From: Microthrixaceae bacterium
Lineage (GTDB): Bacteria; Actinomycetota; Acidimicrobiia; Acidimicrobiales; Microtrichaceae
NCBI GenBank assembly: GCA_044228005.1
Contig: JBGAVR010000031.1
Coordinates: forward strand, 1 to 38,480
Length of the DNA stretch: 38,480 nt
Reading direction: 5' to 3'
Of the stretch, positions 25,313 to 34,158 are shown one piece after another. The notes under the pieces were generated by a model. That model had not been told where the DNA came from. It made no database searches and saw only the letters and a list, made by a program, of their open reading frames with translations. Within the stretch, counting starts at the first letter, position 1. Each line of letters opens with the position of its first letter. A program made the translations under genes and the position numbers.

Positions 25313-26218
25313 GTGTCCATGATTGGAATGTTCCGCCGCACAACAGTCGTACTCGCCGCTCTGCTTCTCGCCGCAACAGCTTGCGGCGGCGAGGACGAGA
25401 GTCCAGCGTCTCGATCAGAAGACGCGACTGCCAGGTCGACGTCGACCTCGATTCAGAACTCATCCGAGACAGAGGACTCACTACCAGAGTTCGAAATCCA
25501 ACCGCGCGAGTTCGCGCCTGCCGAAGACGCGAAGATCCGCTTCGTCAACTTCTACACCGATGCAGGGTCGGGACAACCCGTCGATCTGTATTGGGGTACC
25601 TCCGCAGAGAGTGGCAAGTTGATTGGCACACTCGAGCCGGGTGCAGTTGGCGAGTGGATGGATGTACAACTTGAAAATGATCCGCTGCTCACCCCCAGTG
25701 ACGGATCAGTGGATCTCAAGGTGACGATTCAGCGTAAGGGCGAGAAGTCCTTCGACGGACTGATGCAACAGCTCAGCCAGACCATGAAGCCCGGTGTTCG
25801 CTGGACCGTGGTGATGGGTGCGGAAAAGGCGTTCGACGCAGCAAAGCCGAACGGCATGACGACGCAACTCATCGATGAGTCAAGGATCGGAACGCCCGCC
25901 GATGGCAAGGCGCTCCTGATCTTGAATGACATTGGAGTGCGAATCATCGAGGACGGTGACTTCATGTCCCTCGGGCTCGCTGGAGTGTGCGATGGTTCCT
26001 GGTCCATCGACAATTCAATCGACTCAGGAAACGGTGGCACCTCGTTTGTGGTCGACGCCGGTGAGCTCCAAGTGGTGGGCTACGACGCAAATACCGATTG
26101 CAGCACTGCGACGCAGCCGATCCCTGTGAGCCTGGCTTCAGGGGATCGAGTCATTGTGCTTGCGCATGGCACGACCAAAGCCGATCGGGTCATTGAGGTT
26201 CTCACAGTCGGAGAGTAG
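25313..26218 (+). CDS. Putative secreted/lipoprotein of unknown function
   Basis: Signal peptide MFRRTTVVLAALLLAATAC-GG (positive n-region, hydrophobic core, Cys after a lipobox-like AATAC). Possible starts at 25313 (GTG), 25319 or 25328 (ATG). Confidence 0.6.
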   Translation: MSMIGMFRRTTVVLAALLLAATACGGEDESPASRSEDATARSTSTSIQNSSETEDSLPEFEIQPREFAPAEDAKIRFVNFYTDAGSGQPVDLYWGTSAESGKLIGTLEPGAVGEWMDVQLENDPLLTPSDGSVDLKVTIQRKGEKSFDGLMQQLSQTMKPGVRWTVVMGAEKAFDAAKPNGMTTQLIDESRIGTPADGKALLILNDIGVRIIEDGDFMSLGLAGVCDGSWSIDNSIDSGNGGTSFVVDAGELQVVGYDANTDCSTATQPIPVSLASGDRVIVLAHGTTKADRVIEVLTVGE

Positions 26219-26298
26219 GCAGCGTCGCCTCCGGGTGCTACACCTGTGGAGTGTCCGAGCGAGTAGCTAATGAACCGTTCCCCGAACCAGGTGTTGGT

Positions 26299-27000
26299 AT
26301 GGCGGAGCGAATCGACCACGAGATCGCTCGGCAGATTCTTCGGGGTGAAATTGAGGTTGGCGCTCGCCTTCCGGGAGTTCGGGTGCTGGCCGAACGGTTT
26401 GGGGTCAATCCGTCGACAATCCAGCGCGTGATTGCCCGTCTCGAAGCGAAGCGTTTGGTGACTGCTCGACCCGGGAGCGGAGTACGGGTGAATGACCCCC
26501 GACGAGTGGGTGACCTGTCGCTGATCCCAGAGTGGATCGCCGCATTGGAGGACCGCCCCACAGAGGCTGCCCGTCTGGCTGGCGAACTGCTCTTCACTCG
26601 CCGCATGCTGGCGACGGCGCAGATTGTGCGCCACCGTCACGCGTTGCTGGGCCACACCAGTGCACTCGAACAAGCGGCCGGCCAGATCGACTCCTCTGAT
26701 CCTGCAGCGGCTCGGACGCGGGAGCTCGATATGTGGCGATCGTTATCTCAAGACGCGGGCATTGGAACTATCGGCGTGCTGAACACGCTTGAGCGAGCCC
26801 TTGAGGAGTTGCCGCTCCTCGCTGAAGCGATGTGGGCGAAGCCACGTCAGAACGCGAATCGATTGCGGGCGCTCTTGGAAGCAGTCGATGGCCCCGAGCA
26901 AGGCTGCGCCGAGCGTGTGGAGGCGGTGTTAGCCAGGCTCGATCATGACGTGGTGGCGAGGTTCGAAGAGCTGCTTGTCGCCGCGTCCGCCGGCAGGTAG
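26299..27000 (+). CDS. GntR family transcriptional regulator (FCD-type C-terminal domain)
   Basis: HTH EVGARLPGVRVLAERFGVNPSTIQRVIARLEAKRLV is the GntR signature. ATG at 26299 preferred over GTG at 26251. Confidence 0.8.
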   Translation: MAERIDHEIARQILRGEIEVGARLPGVRVLAERFGVNPSTIQRVIARLEAKRLVTARPGSGVRVNDPRRVGDLSLIPEWIAALEDRPTEAARLAGELLFTRRMLATAQIVRHRHALLGHTSALEQAAGQIDSSDPAAARTRELDMWRSLSQDAGIGTIGVLNTLERALEELPLLAEAMWAKPRQNANRLRALLEAVDGPEQGCAERVEAVLARLDHDVVARFEELLVAASAGR

Positions 27001-27680
27001 GTGCCGAAGAGTCTGTCGCTCAGGGTGAGCAGCACGCAGAAATTCGGAGGGTTCTTCATCTCGTGGTGGGGTTCGTGTCGCGCTGTGTCGGCGAACAGCC
27101 AGGTTGGGTAGCCCCACAGCTTGTAGCCGCAATGGGTCACCATGGTGACGAAGGTGTTGATGGCTGCGTAGGTCGCGAAGATCATCGGGTGCACATCAAG
27201 CACGAACGGCACGACGTAGAACATAGAGAACACCACGCCAGACTCAATAGGGTGCACATAGAAGCCGCTCCAGACGGTGAGTGGCGATTCCACGGAGTGG
27301 TGCACATAGTGGACGTTTCGAAACACCGCTGCGCTGCCATGCTCAAGGCGGTGCCACCAGTAGCTCAAGAAGTCGCCAGCCACGAGACAACCGGCAAGCC
27401 CGAGAAGGAATGTCGTCACACTGGGCGCTCGTTCGGGTACCTCGCCGCTTCCAATGGGCACCCACCGGATCAACGCAAAGACGGCGAGATAGCCGGGCAG
27501 CGTGATGGCGAGATACTTGGCGGCGGATGTGAAGGTCATTCGGCCAAGGGCGACATCGGCAATCGAGAATGCCAACCCAGCAGTGACCACGGTTGCCATC
27601 ACGGCTGTGATGAAGAAGAGCGGATGTCCCAGGGTGTCGTCACCGAGGGTTGAGCGGATGGTCTCCCAGATTCCCTGCAT
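26943..27680 (-). CDS. Fatty acid hydroxylase/sterol desaturase superfamily membrane protein
   Basis: Histidine boxes HRLEH, HYVHHS and HEPHH, plus multiple TM helices. It convergently overlaps the GntR gene by 58 bp. Confidence 0.8.
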   Translation of the reverse strand: MQGIWETIRSTLGDDTLGHPLFFITAVMATVVTAGLAFSIADVALGRMTFTSAAKYLAITLPGYLAVFALIRWVPIGSGEVPERAPSVTTFLLGLAGCLVAGDFLSYWWHRLEHGSAAVFRNVHYVHHSVESPLTVWSGFYVHPIESGVVFSMFYVVPFVLDVHPMIFATYAAINTFVTMVTHCGYKLWGYPTWLFADTARHEPHHEMKNPPNFCVLLTLSDRLFGTYLPADAATSSSSNLATTS

Positions 27681-27816
27681 GGTCAACCGTATCATACAGT
27701 TGCGAGGTTGTTCCTCCCACCTCGCGATGGAGCTGCGAGTGCACGTGTGGGTTTGGGATGACAGAGGGCCCGCCGCCTAGCCTTGAGCGACCGCTCCTCG
27801 CTGGCAAAGGGATGAC

Positions 27817-28851
27817 ATGACCAAGACAAATCCGGGCAACTTCTTTGAAGACTTCCGCATCGGTCAGATGATCGATCACGCGACTCCTCGTACCGTGACT
27901 GAGGGGGATCGGGCACTCTACGGAGCGTTGTACCCCACTCGATTCTCGATTCCCTCATCGGTTGCCTTCGCCGACTCCGTTGGTCTGCCCGATGGACCAG
28001 TTGAGGAACTCATCGGCTTTCACATCGCGTTCGGCAAGACGGTTCCCGACATCTCACTCAATGCCATTGCCAACCTCGGCTATGCCGAATGCCGCTTTCA
28101 TCAGCCGATTCGCCCTGGCGACACACTGTCCACAAGATCAGAAGTGATTGGCCTCAAGGAAAACTCGAACGGCAGTTCAGGCGTTGTGTACGTGCGTTCC
28201 ACCGCAACCAATCAGCACGGCGCAACTGCTATCGACTGGGCCCGTTGGGTGATGGTGCACAAGCGTGACCACAGTGCACCAGCGCCCGAGACAGTGGTGC
28301 CCGACCTTGCGCCATGTGTCGCCGCTGCAGATCTTGTGATTCCCGAGGGCCTCGACTTCAGCAACTACGACACGGCAGCTGCCGGCGAAGCCCATCGGTG
28401 GGATGACTATGTGGTCGGGGAAAAGATCGATCATGTTGATGGCGTGACGCTCTCGGAGTCTGAACACATGATGGCCACTCGCCTCTGGCAAAACACCGCC
28501 AAGGTGCATTTCAACACCGAAGCACGCCCCGATGGTTCGAGGCTGATTTACGGTGGTCACATCATCTCGATGGCTCGAGCGCTTTCCTTTAACGGCCTTG
28601 CGAACGCCCAACTCATCAGCGCAATCAACGCTGGCGCTCACACCTCGCCGGCCTTCGCCGGGGACACGGTGTATGCCTGGTCTGAGGTGCTCGACAAAGC
28701 TGAGACTGCTGCCCCTGGGGTGGGTGCCCTTCGGCTTCGGCTAGTGGCAACCAAGGGCCGAGACGAGACGATGACCCTCCGTGGTGAAGACGGCAAGTAC
28801 TCGCCTGGTGTGCTCCTCGACCTTGATCTGTGGGCGCTGCTCCCTCGCTGA
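27817..28851 (+). CDS. MaoC-like double hotdog (R)-specific enoyl-CoA hydratase (mesaconyl-CoA/2-methylfumaryl-CoA hydratase-like)
   Basis: 344 aa with two hotdog halves. The N-terminus TNPGNFFEDFRIGQMIDHATPRTVTEGD closely resembles the start of mesaconyl-CoA hydratases as I recall them. AAGGGA RBS upstream. Confidence 0.7.
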   Translation: MTKTNPGNFFEDFRIGQMIDHATPRTVTEGDRALYGALYPTRFSIPSSVAFADSVGLPDGPVEELIGFHIAFGKTVPDISLNAIANLGYAECRFHQPIRPGDTLSTRSEVIGLKENSNGSSGVVYVRSTATNQHGATAIDWARWVMVHKRDHSAPAPETVVPDLAPCVAAADLVIPEGLDFSNYDTAAAGEAHRWDDYVVGEKIDHVDGVTLSESEHMMATRLWQNTAKVHFNTEARPDGSRLIYGGHIISMARALSFNGLANAQLISAINAGAHTSPAFAGDTVYAWSEVLDKAETAAPGVGALRLRLVATKGRDETMTLRGEDGKYSPGVLLDLDLWALLPR

Positions 28852-28947
28852 GTTCGCCTCGGTAGATGGGTGACCTTGGACTCTGGTCGGGCAAACGTTC
28901 GATGGGGCACTCTGGGAGTTCACCATCGTTGAACGGGAGCTCGATCA

Positions 28948-29670
28948 ATGGCCAAGACGCTACGTGAGTACCTGAGCGCGGGTGGTCGCCTCAACCCTGA
29001 GGTGCATCACGACCTCATTGCCGCAGTCTCCTCCTCGCTCTCGCCAGACCAGCGTGCCGACAAGGCAGCAGTCGCCCGCTACGAGCATGAAACATTCGCC
29101 GATGGCGGAGATCCTCACCCCGGCCGCTTCCTGACCGCTGGTCAGCGTGATGAGGCCGAGCAGGCCGCGGGGTTCCTTGCGGACTATCTAGAAGCTGATT
29201 CTGACCCTGAACTCGATCGCCTAGTGAACGCCGCGATTTCCGAACCCCCTGCCCTCCACCTCGAAGCGAAGGATCCACCACATCACATGAACACTGACAC
29301 GCCAGCTACTGGGCACTACCGAGGAGTTGCGTCAGCGCTCCGCGAACCAACGAAAGCGCTTCGAACTGCGAGTCCTGAAGTGTGGGCAGGGTTCGGGGCC
29401 CTCCACCAGGCCGCGGTCGCCGAAGGTGTGCTCTCCTCAAAGGTGAAGGAGCTGATGGCGCTCGCGATTGCAGTGGTAAAGCAGTGCGATGGCTGCATCT
29501 CCTACCATGCGCGAGCGGCAGTGGCGCGTGGTGCCACGGCGGAGGAATGCGCTGAAGCGCTGGGAGTGGCGCTGCTGATGGATGGCGGGACAGCTTCGGT
29601 GTACGGCCCGCGAGCCTTCGCTGCATTCAACGAATTCGCCGGCACCGACCAAGCGGCCAGTTCGACCTAG
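28948..29670 (+). CDS. Carboxymuconolactone decarboxylase/AhpD-like family protein with N-terminal extension
   Basis: C-terminal KELMALAIAVVKQCDGCISYHARAA has the AhpD-type CxxCxxH motif. GGGAG RBS upstream of ATG 28948. An internal ATG at 29287 would give a canonical ~125-aa CMD protein. Confidence 0.7.
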   Translation: MAKTLREYLSAGGRLNPEVHHDLIAAVSSSLSPDQRADKAAVARYEHETFADGGDPHPGRFLTAGQRDEAEQAAGFLADYLEADSDPELDRLVNAAISEPPALHLEAKDPPHHMNTDTPATGHYRGVASALREPTKALRTASPEVWAGFGALHQAAVAEGVLSSKVKELMALAIAVVKQCDGCISYHARAAVARGATAEECAEALGVALLMDGGTASVYGPRAFAAFNEFAGTDQAASST

Positions 29671-29753
29671 CTCAACCGGTGTATGGAGCCGGCTGATTCG
29701 GTCTGGCTCGATCTCTCGTTCAACCTACTGGCCCTCGGAGCGTAAGGACTGGG

Positions 29754-30647
29754 CTAATGGCTGGTGCAGTGTTGGCGGTCCGCCGCAGTTTGCACGCGTT
29801 CGACGGTCACATCCACTTCCATTTCCGTTGGTCCGCCAACTGAGGTGACCACTCCCTTGAGTGGCACTACGTCGGAATAGTCACGACCCCACGCGATCGT
29901 GATGTGCGAGGCTGGCTCGACCAGGCCATTGGTGGGGTCGAGATCAATCCACCGGCCATCCGCATCCTGAACTGATGCCCACGCATGGGAGGCATCGGCG
30001 CCAGCGAGCACCGGTTCTCCGGCGGGCGGCACATTCTCGACGTACCCACTGACGTAACGTCCGGCGAGGCCGAGCGACCGGACGCAATCAAGCAGCACAT
30101 GAGCGAAGTCTTGGCAGACACCGCTCCGAGTAGCCAGCACCTCGCTGACAGGGGTAGCGATGGTTGTCCAGCCGGGCCGGTAGGAGAAATCCAGAAAGAT
30201 GCGCCGGTTGAGATCCGTGAGACTCTCGAGGAGCGGCCGGCCGGGGGCGAAGGATGGGAGGGCGTATTCAGCCGCTTCCGCGGAGTGCGGGATGAGTGGA
30301 CTCTCCAGCGTGAAGTCACGGTCGAGGGGAGAGGCTGCCGTGTGGGCCAACGCTTGTTCCCAACTCGCTGCTGGGTTGGTGAGCGCTCGGCTCCTCAGCA
30401 GCTCGACCTCACTGGTCGCAACCACCTCGAAGACTTGGTGTGGCTCTTCGATACTGAAGTAGGTGCAACGGTTGCCATAGAGGTCGATGTGGTCCGCCCG
30501 GTCCGCAGGTGTCGGCGAGATCTCCAACCAGTGGTTCATCACGCGCTGTCCTGGTGTGGGCCTCGGCGTTAAGTGGGCCTGGTGGATGCTCATCGTTACT
30601 GGGCTGGGAGCGTGGTAGACCGTCGAATGGCGAACTCGATACATCAT
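29754..30647 (-). CDS. Transglutaminase-like cysteine protease superfamily protein (Rv2409c/Rv2569c-like)
   Basis: Bacterial transglutaminase N-domain followed by a core with catalytic Cys (SGVCQDFAHV), His and Asp. ATGA overlap with the upstream gene. Confidence 0.85.
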   Translation of the reverse strand: MMYRVRHSTVYHAPSPVTMSIHQAHLTPRPTPGQRVMNHWLEISPTPADRADHIDLYGNRCTYFSIEEPHQVFEVVATSEVELLRSRALTNPAASWEQALAHTAASPLDRDFTLESPLIPHSAEAAEYALPSFAPGRPLLESLTDLNRRIFLDFSYRPGWTTIATPVSEVLATRSGVCQDFAHVLLDCVRSLGLAGRYVSGYVENVPPAGEPVLAGADASHAWASVQDADGRWIDLDPTNGLVEPASHITIAWGRDYSDVVPLKGVVTSVGGPTEMEVDVTVERVQTAADRQHCTSH

Positions 30648-33172
30648 CCATGCTCCCCGCGGACGCCCGGCCGGGCAGCGAGATCGTCGATCGATTCCCC
30701 AGAAACTGGTGCGGACGACCCACCGAAGATGGTGGTCGGACGAACATGAACGAAGTATCTCAGGTCGATCTCAGTGGCGATCGCAGCGAGAGTCTCGCGT
30801 GCACTGTCGGTCAGGATTTCAAGAGCTTCCCTTCGTCCAAGCGCTCCCGCTGCAGCGAGCGAGTCTGGAGAGGAGGCCTCAATCAGGGAACTGAGCCCAC
30901 GAGTCTTGTCCAGCAGGTCGCGCGTGAGCGGCGAAGCGCCGGGTAACGATTCGATATTGATGGCAAGTGCTTCGAGTTGGGAGCGCACCGAACGAGGGTT
31001 GGAGCTATCGGTAACCAACAGGTCGATCAGCAGCGCCGCGTCAATATCGGAGCGGTATCGGCGCCGATAGGCTCCCAAACCATCCCAGGTGACAAGAATC
31101 GTCTCGAAGAGTGGCGCTTCCATGTCCCGGGGGAGGTCATCGACAAGCACGGTCGCGATGGTGGTGATCACCAGTGAGGCAACCTCGACTCGACGGCCGA
31201 TATCGAGAAACTGCCAGCCAGGGTCTCGCACCATTGAGTCGTTCACCACGCCAGAGAGCGCCAAGAGGGGGCCAGCGCAGGAAGCGGCGATCTCGCCCGC
31301 CTCCTCAGGCCCCGCGGTTGCCAGGCTCAGAAGGTAATCACTGACCTGGCCGAGGAATCGCCAGGAATCTGAGGAGAACAGTTCCCGAACAGATGCTGCG
31401 TTGTGTAACAAGAAGTGAAGGGAGGTCGACAGGCTTCGTTCTCTGCTTCGATCCACCAGGGCGGCATTGAGGAGCTCAGCGGTCGTTGGAGGATCCGGAG
31501 GTGCTGGCGTCGGAAGCCAACCAAGGCCAGCCATCGAGTTGAGTAATCGGTCGACATTCCATGTCCAGGGCCAGGGGTGATCCTGTCGAAGATCGTGGCG
31601 GGTTTCGTTGAGAAGCCCAACTGCGCCGACGAGGCGGATCATGCAGCGACTTCGCTCCAAGTTCCTGCCGATCCAAAACATTGACTCAGCAGCCCTGCTC
31701 GCGAGTGAACTCCGCAGATCAATCGGGGCAAGGGTGGTGCCGAGTGCCAACGTCGGGTGCTCCAGCGCGCTGTGGGATTGGGTGATCCAGGTGTCCTTGC
31801 TGAGGCTGAATGTCCCGAAGGTGATTGCCTCTGGTTGCGCGCCCGTCAGCGTGAGGCCGCCCTCCAAGCAATGGTATCCATCGTGGTCCCGCACCAGGAA
31901 GGCCCGGGAGATGGTGGGACGCCCGACAACAGTGCCGGTTGGGGTGCCGGTGCCAGCGGATGCGCTGTCGAAACTCGGCGTCGGGGCAATGTCTACCTCC
32001 TGCTGACCGACGAAGAGGTGGGGCTCAGCGGTGATGCGGCGTGCCAACTCTTCGCGCTGCTCAGCGCACAGGAGGCGACCAAACAACGTGTGGCGACCAT
32101 TGATTCGATGGTGCGAGCGGATGAGCAGCGAGTCAAGGTGCGCGAGAACATGAGAGCGAGAGGAAGACTCGCCGCACCACCAGGTGGGAGGGCTTTGGAT
32201 TCGGGGGTCTTCTCCGAGGAGAGTCCGAGTCAAACTCGGGATGTAGGGCAACAGGGCAGCGCATTCGCCGAGACCAGAACCGAGTGGGTTGGCTACCGCC
32301 ACGTTGCCTCGTCGGCACGCCTCGACGAGGCCCGCCACACCAGCTGTAGAGTCGAACCCCAACTCCAAGGGGTCGCAATCGGGCGAGGCAACCAGTCGCA
32401 AAATCACGTGTACGGGTTCGAGTCCTGCCACTGACTTCAGCCACACCTTGGCTCCACGAACGGTCAGGTCGCCCGGCTCCACGAGCGTGAACCCCAACTT
32501 GCGGGCGAGGAAGGCGTGTTCTGAGTGGGCGCTGACACTTGTTCCTGGCGTCATCATGACGATTCGCGGTTGGGCTACTTGAGGAGGGGCGAGCGCTCCC
32601 AACGCGGTTCTGCAGATGCCAAGCCAGTTCTCAAGTGGCGCCACTCGATGTTGCTCCATGGCCTCGGGATTCACCCGGGCCATCACCTCCCGGTTTTGCA
32701 GAGCGTGGCCGATTCCCCATGGCATCTGGGTGCGATCTGCCAGAACGAGAAACTCACCATCGATGCTGCGAGCCACGTCTGACGAGTACAACACAAGGTT
32801 GCTCGACCCGGGTGAGCCAATGCCGACGCAACACCGCAGATATTCCTCGTGAGCGAGGATTGCGAGGGTGGGGAGGTGCCCTCCGGCGAGAAGCCGTTGA
32901 GGCCCGAAGAGGTCTTCCAACAACAGTCGAAGCACCGTTGCTCGTTGTTCCAATGCCCGAGATACGCTCTCCCACTCGAGCGCATTGATGCTCAGCGGAA
33001 GTGGATCGAGCTCCCAGTTTGCACCGTCTCGATCCTGGGGGATTGGGTGGTTGAAGATCGACCCAGTGCCCATCTGAGCAAGTGCTCGATGGATCTGGGC
33101 GGCGTTCGTCTGCAACGCTGCAGCAGAGCGCTCGGCGGGCGCCATGAGGTCTGACCCGACGCCAGAACTCAC
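30644..33172 (-). CDS. Fused circularly permuted ATP-grasp (CP_ATPgrasp type 1) + alpha-E domain protein (Rv2567-like)
   Basis: 842 aa. The N-terminal ~480 aa are collinear with the stand-alone CP-ATP-grasp encoded upstream. The C-terminal ~320 aa begin with the alpha-E signature ESMFWIGRNLERSRCMIRLV. Confidence 0.85.
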   Translation of the reverse strand: MSSGVGSDLMAPAERSAAALQTNAAQIHRALAQMGTGSIFNHPIPQDRDGANWELDPLPLSINALEWESVSRALEQRATVLRLLLEDLFGPQRLLAGGHLPTLAILAHEEYLRCCVGIGSPGSSNLVLYSSDVARSIDGEFLVLADRTQMPWGIGHALQNREVMARVNPEAMEQHRVAPLENWLGICRTALGALAPPQVAQPRIVMMTPGTSVSAHSEHAFLARKLGFTLVEPGDLTVRGAKVWLKSVAGLEPVHVILRLVASPDCDPLELGFDSTAGVAGLVEACRRGNVAVANPLGSGLGECAALLPYIPSLTRTLLGEDPRIQSPPTWWCGESSSRSHVLAHLDSLLIRSHHRINGRHTLFGRLLCAEQREELARRITAEPHLFVGQQEVDIAPTPSFDSASAGTGTPTGTVVGRPTISRAFLVRDHDGYHCLEGGLTLTGAQPEAITFGTFSLSKDTWITQSHSALEHPTLALGTTLAPIDLRSSLASRAAESMFWIGRNLERSRCMIRLVGAVGLLNETRHDLRQDHPWPWTWNVDRLLNSMAGLGWLPTPAPPDPPTTAELLNAALVDRSRERSLSTSLHFLLHNAASVRELFSSDSWRFLGQVSDYLLSLATAGPEEAGEIAASCAGPLLALSGVVNDSMVRDPGWQFLDIGRRVEVASLVITTIATVLVDDLPRDMEAPLFETILVTWDGLGAYRRRYRSDIDAALLIDLLVTDSSNPRSVRSQLEALAINIESLPGASPLTRDLLDKTRGLSSLIEASSPDSLAAAGALGRREALEILTDSARETLAAIATEIDLRYFVHVRPTTIFGGSSAPVSGESIDDLAARPGVRGEHG

Positions 33173-34158
33173 ACGACGACTCGACCCGCCGGGTGGAGGG
33201 TCCGGGTTGTTTCTGGCGTGAAGAACGTATCGTTCAACGCGTTGTGAAGTGACAGGATGCCGAGTTGCATGTGATCGACCCAGCTATGAAGCGCCTCGGC
33301 CTCGAGGCCTCCCGAACGGGTGCTCAGCATGTCACGAAGGTCAGCTGCATGTTCTCGCAGATGTGGACGATGGGGAAGGCCTCCCAGGATTTGATCGACG
33401 CGTGCTAGGCAATGCTGCACTGCTCGGGGGAAGTCCTGGTCCTCCACGAGGAACTCGACAACCGATTCGCCAGCGATTGAGCCCGAAGTTCGCCGGGCGT
33501 ACATGTGCTGTGCGCCAAGGCTGCGCAGCACACCGAGCCACCGGACGTCCTCATAGGGGCTTCGGTCTGCGGGGGGAAGTGCTCCTTTGGCTCCTTCGTC
33601 AAGCAGGCTGGTGGCGCGAACGTCGAGCACTCTGGTGGTCATATCGGCTCGTTCCACATTTCGTCCGAGTTCGTAGAAGGAGAACGCGTCGTCCCGACTG
33701 ACGGTTGAGGCGAGAATCCCCATGATCTGCTGGCCTGCGGCGATGATGTCGCTGCACAGCTCAAGACGGGCAGTCCTGTGGGCACATGTCCCGGCGCTCG
33801 TCGCGACACTCGTGTGCAGCAGGTTCACACACTCCCAGAGCGAGGAGGGCATCAACTGGCGGGTGACTCGCAAGTTCTCACGCGCCGAGGCGACTGTTCG
33901 GATGACAGAAGTTGGGTTGCCGATATCTGCCATGAGGTGGTTGACGATGCTCATCTCATCCAACGAGGAGTACCGAAGCAGATACGTCTCATCGGCGCCC
34001 GTAATGGCCAACAGCCCGGCCCAGTCGGAATCCACGTCAATGGGCAGGTCCACGAGCAACTTGGTGTGCTCGCGGATGATTCGTGACACTGCTTCGGCAC
34101 GTTCGAGGTGGCGCCCAAGCCAATAGAGGTTCGCTGCGGTTCGTGACAACATCATCAC
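33169..34158 (-). CDS. Alpha-E domain protein (DUF403; Rv2410c-like)
   Basis: N-terminal MLSRTAANLYWLGRHLERAEAVSRII is the hallmark alpha-E start. ATGA overlaps on both sides. Confidence 0.85.
   Translation of the reverse strand: MMMLSRTAANLYWLGRHLERAEAVSRIIREHTKLLVDLPIDVDSDWAGLLAITGADETYLLRYSSLDEMSIVNHLMADIGNPTSVIRTVASARENLRVTRQLMPSSLWECVNLLHTSVATSAGTCAHRTARLELCSDIIAAGQQIMGILASTVSRDDAFSFYELGRNVERADMTTRVLDVRATSLLDEGAKGALPPADRSPYEDVRWLGVLRSLGAQHMYARRTSGSIAGESVVEFLVEDQDFPRAVQHCLARVDQILGGLPHRPHLREHAADLRDMLSTRSGGLEAEALHSWVDHMQLGILSLHNALNDTFFTPETTRTLHPAGRVVV

Noticed and set aside
29686-29709. Small hairpin GAGCC-N14-GGCTC between the convergent CMD and TGase genes
   Set aside because: Only a 5-bp stem with a 14-nt loop and no U-run. 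Too weak to call a terminator with confidence.
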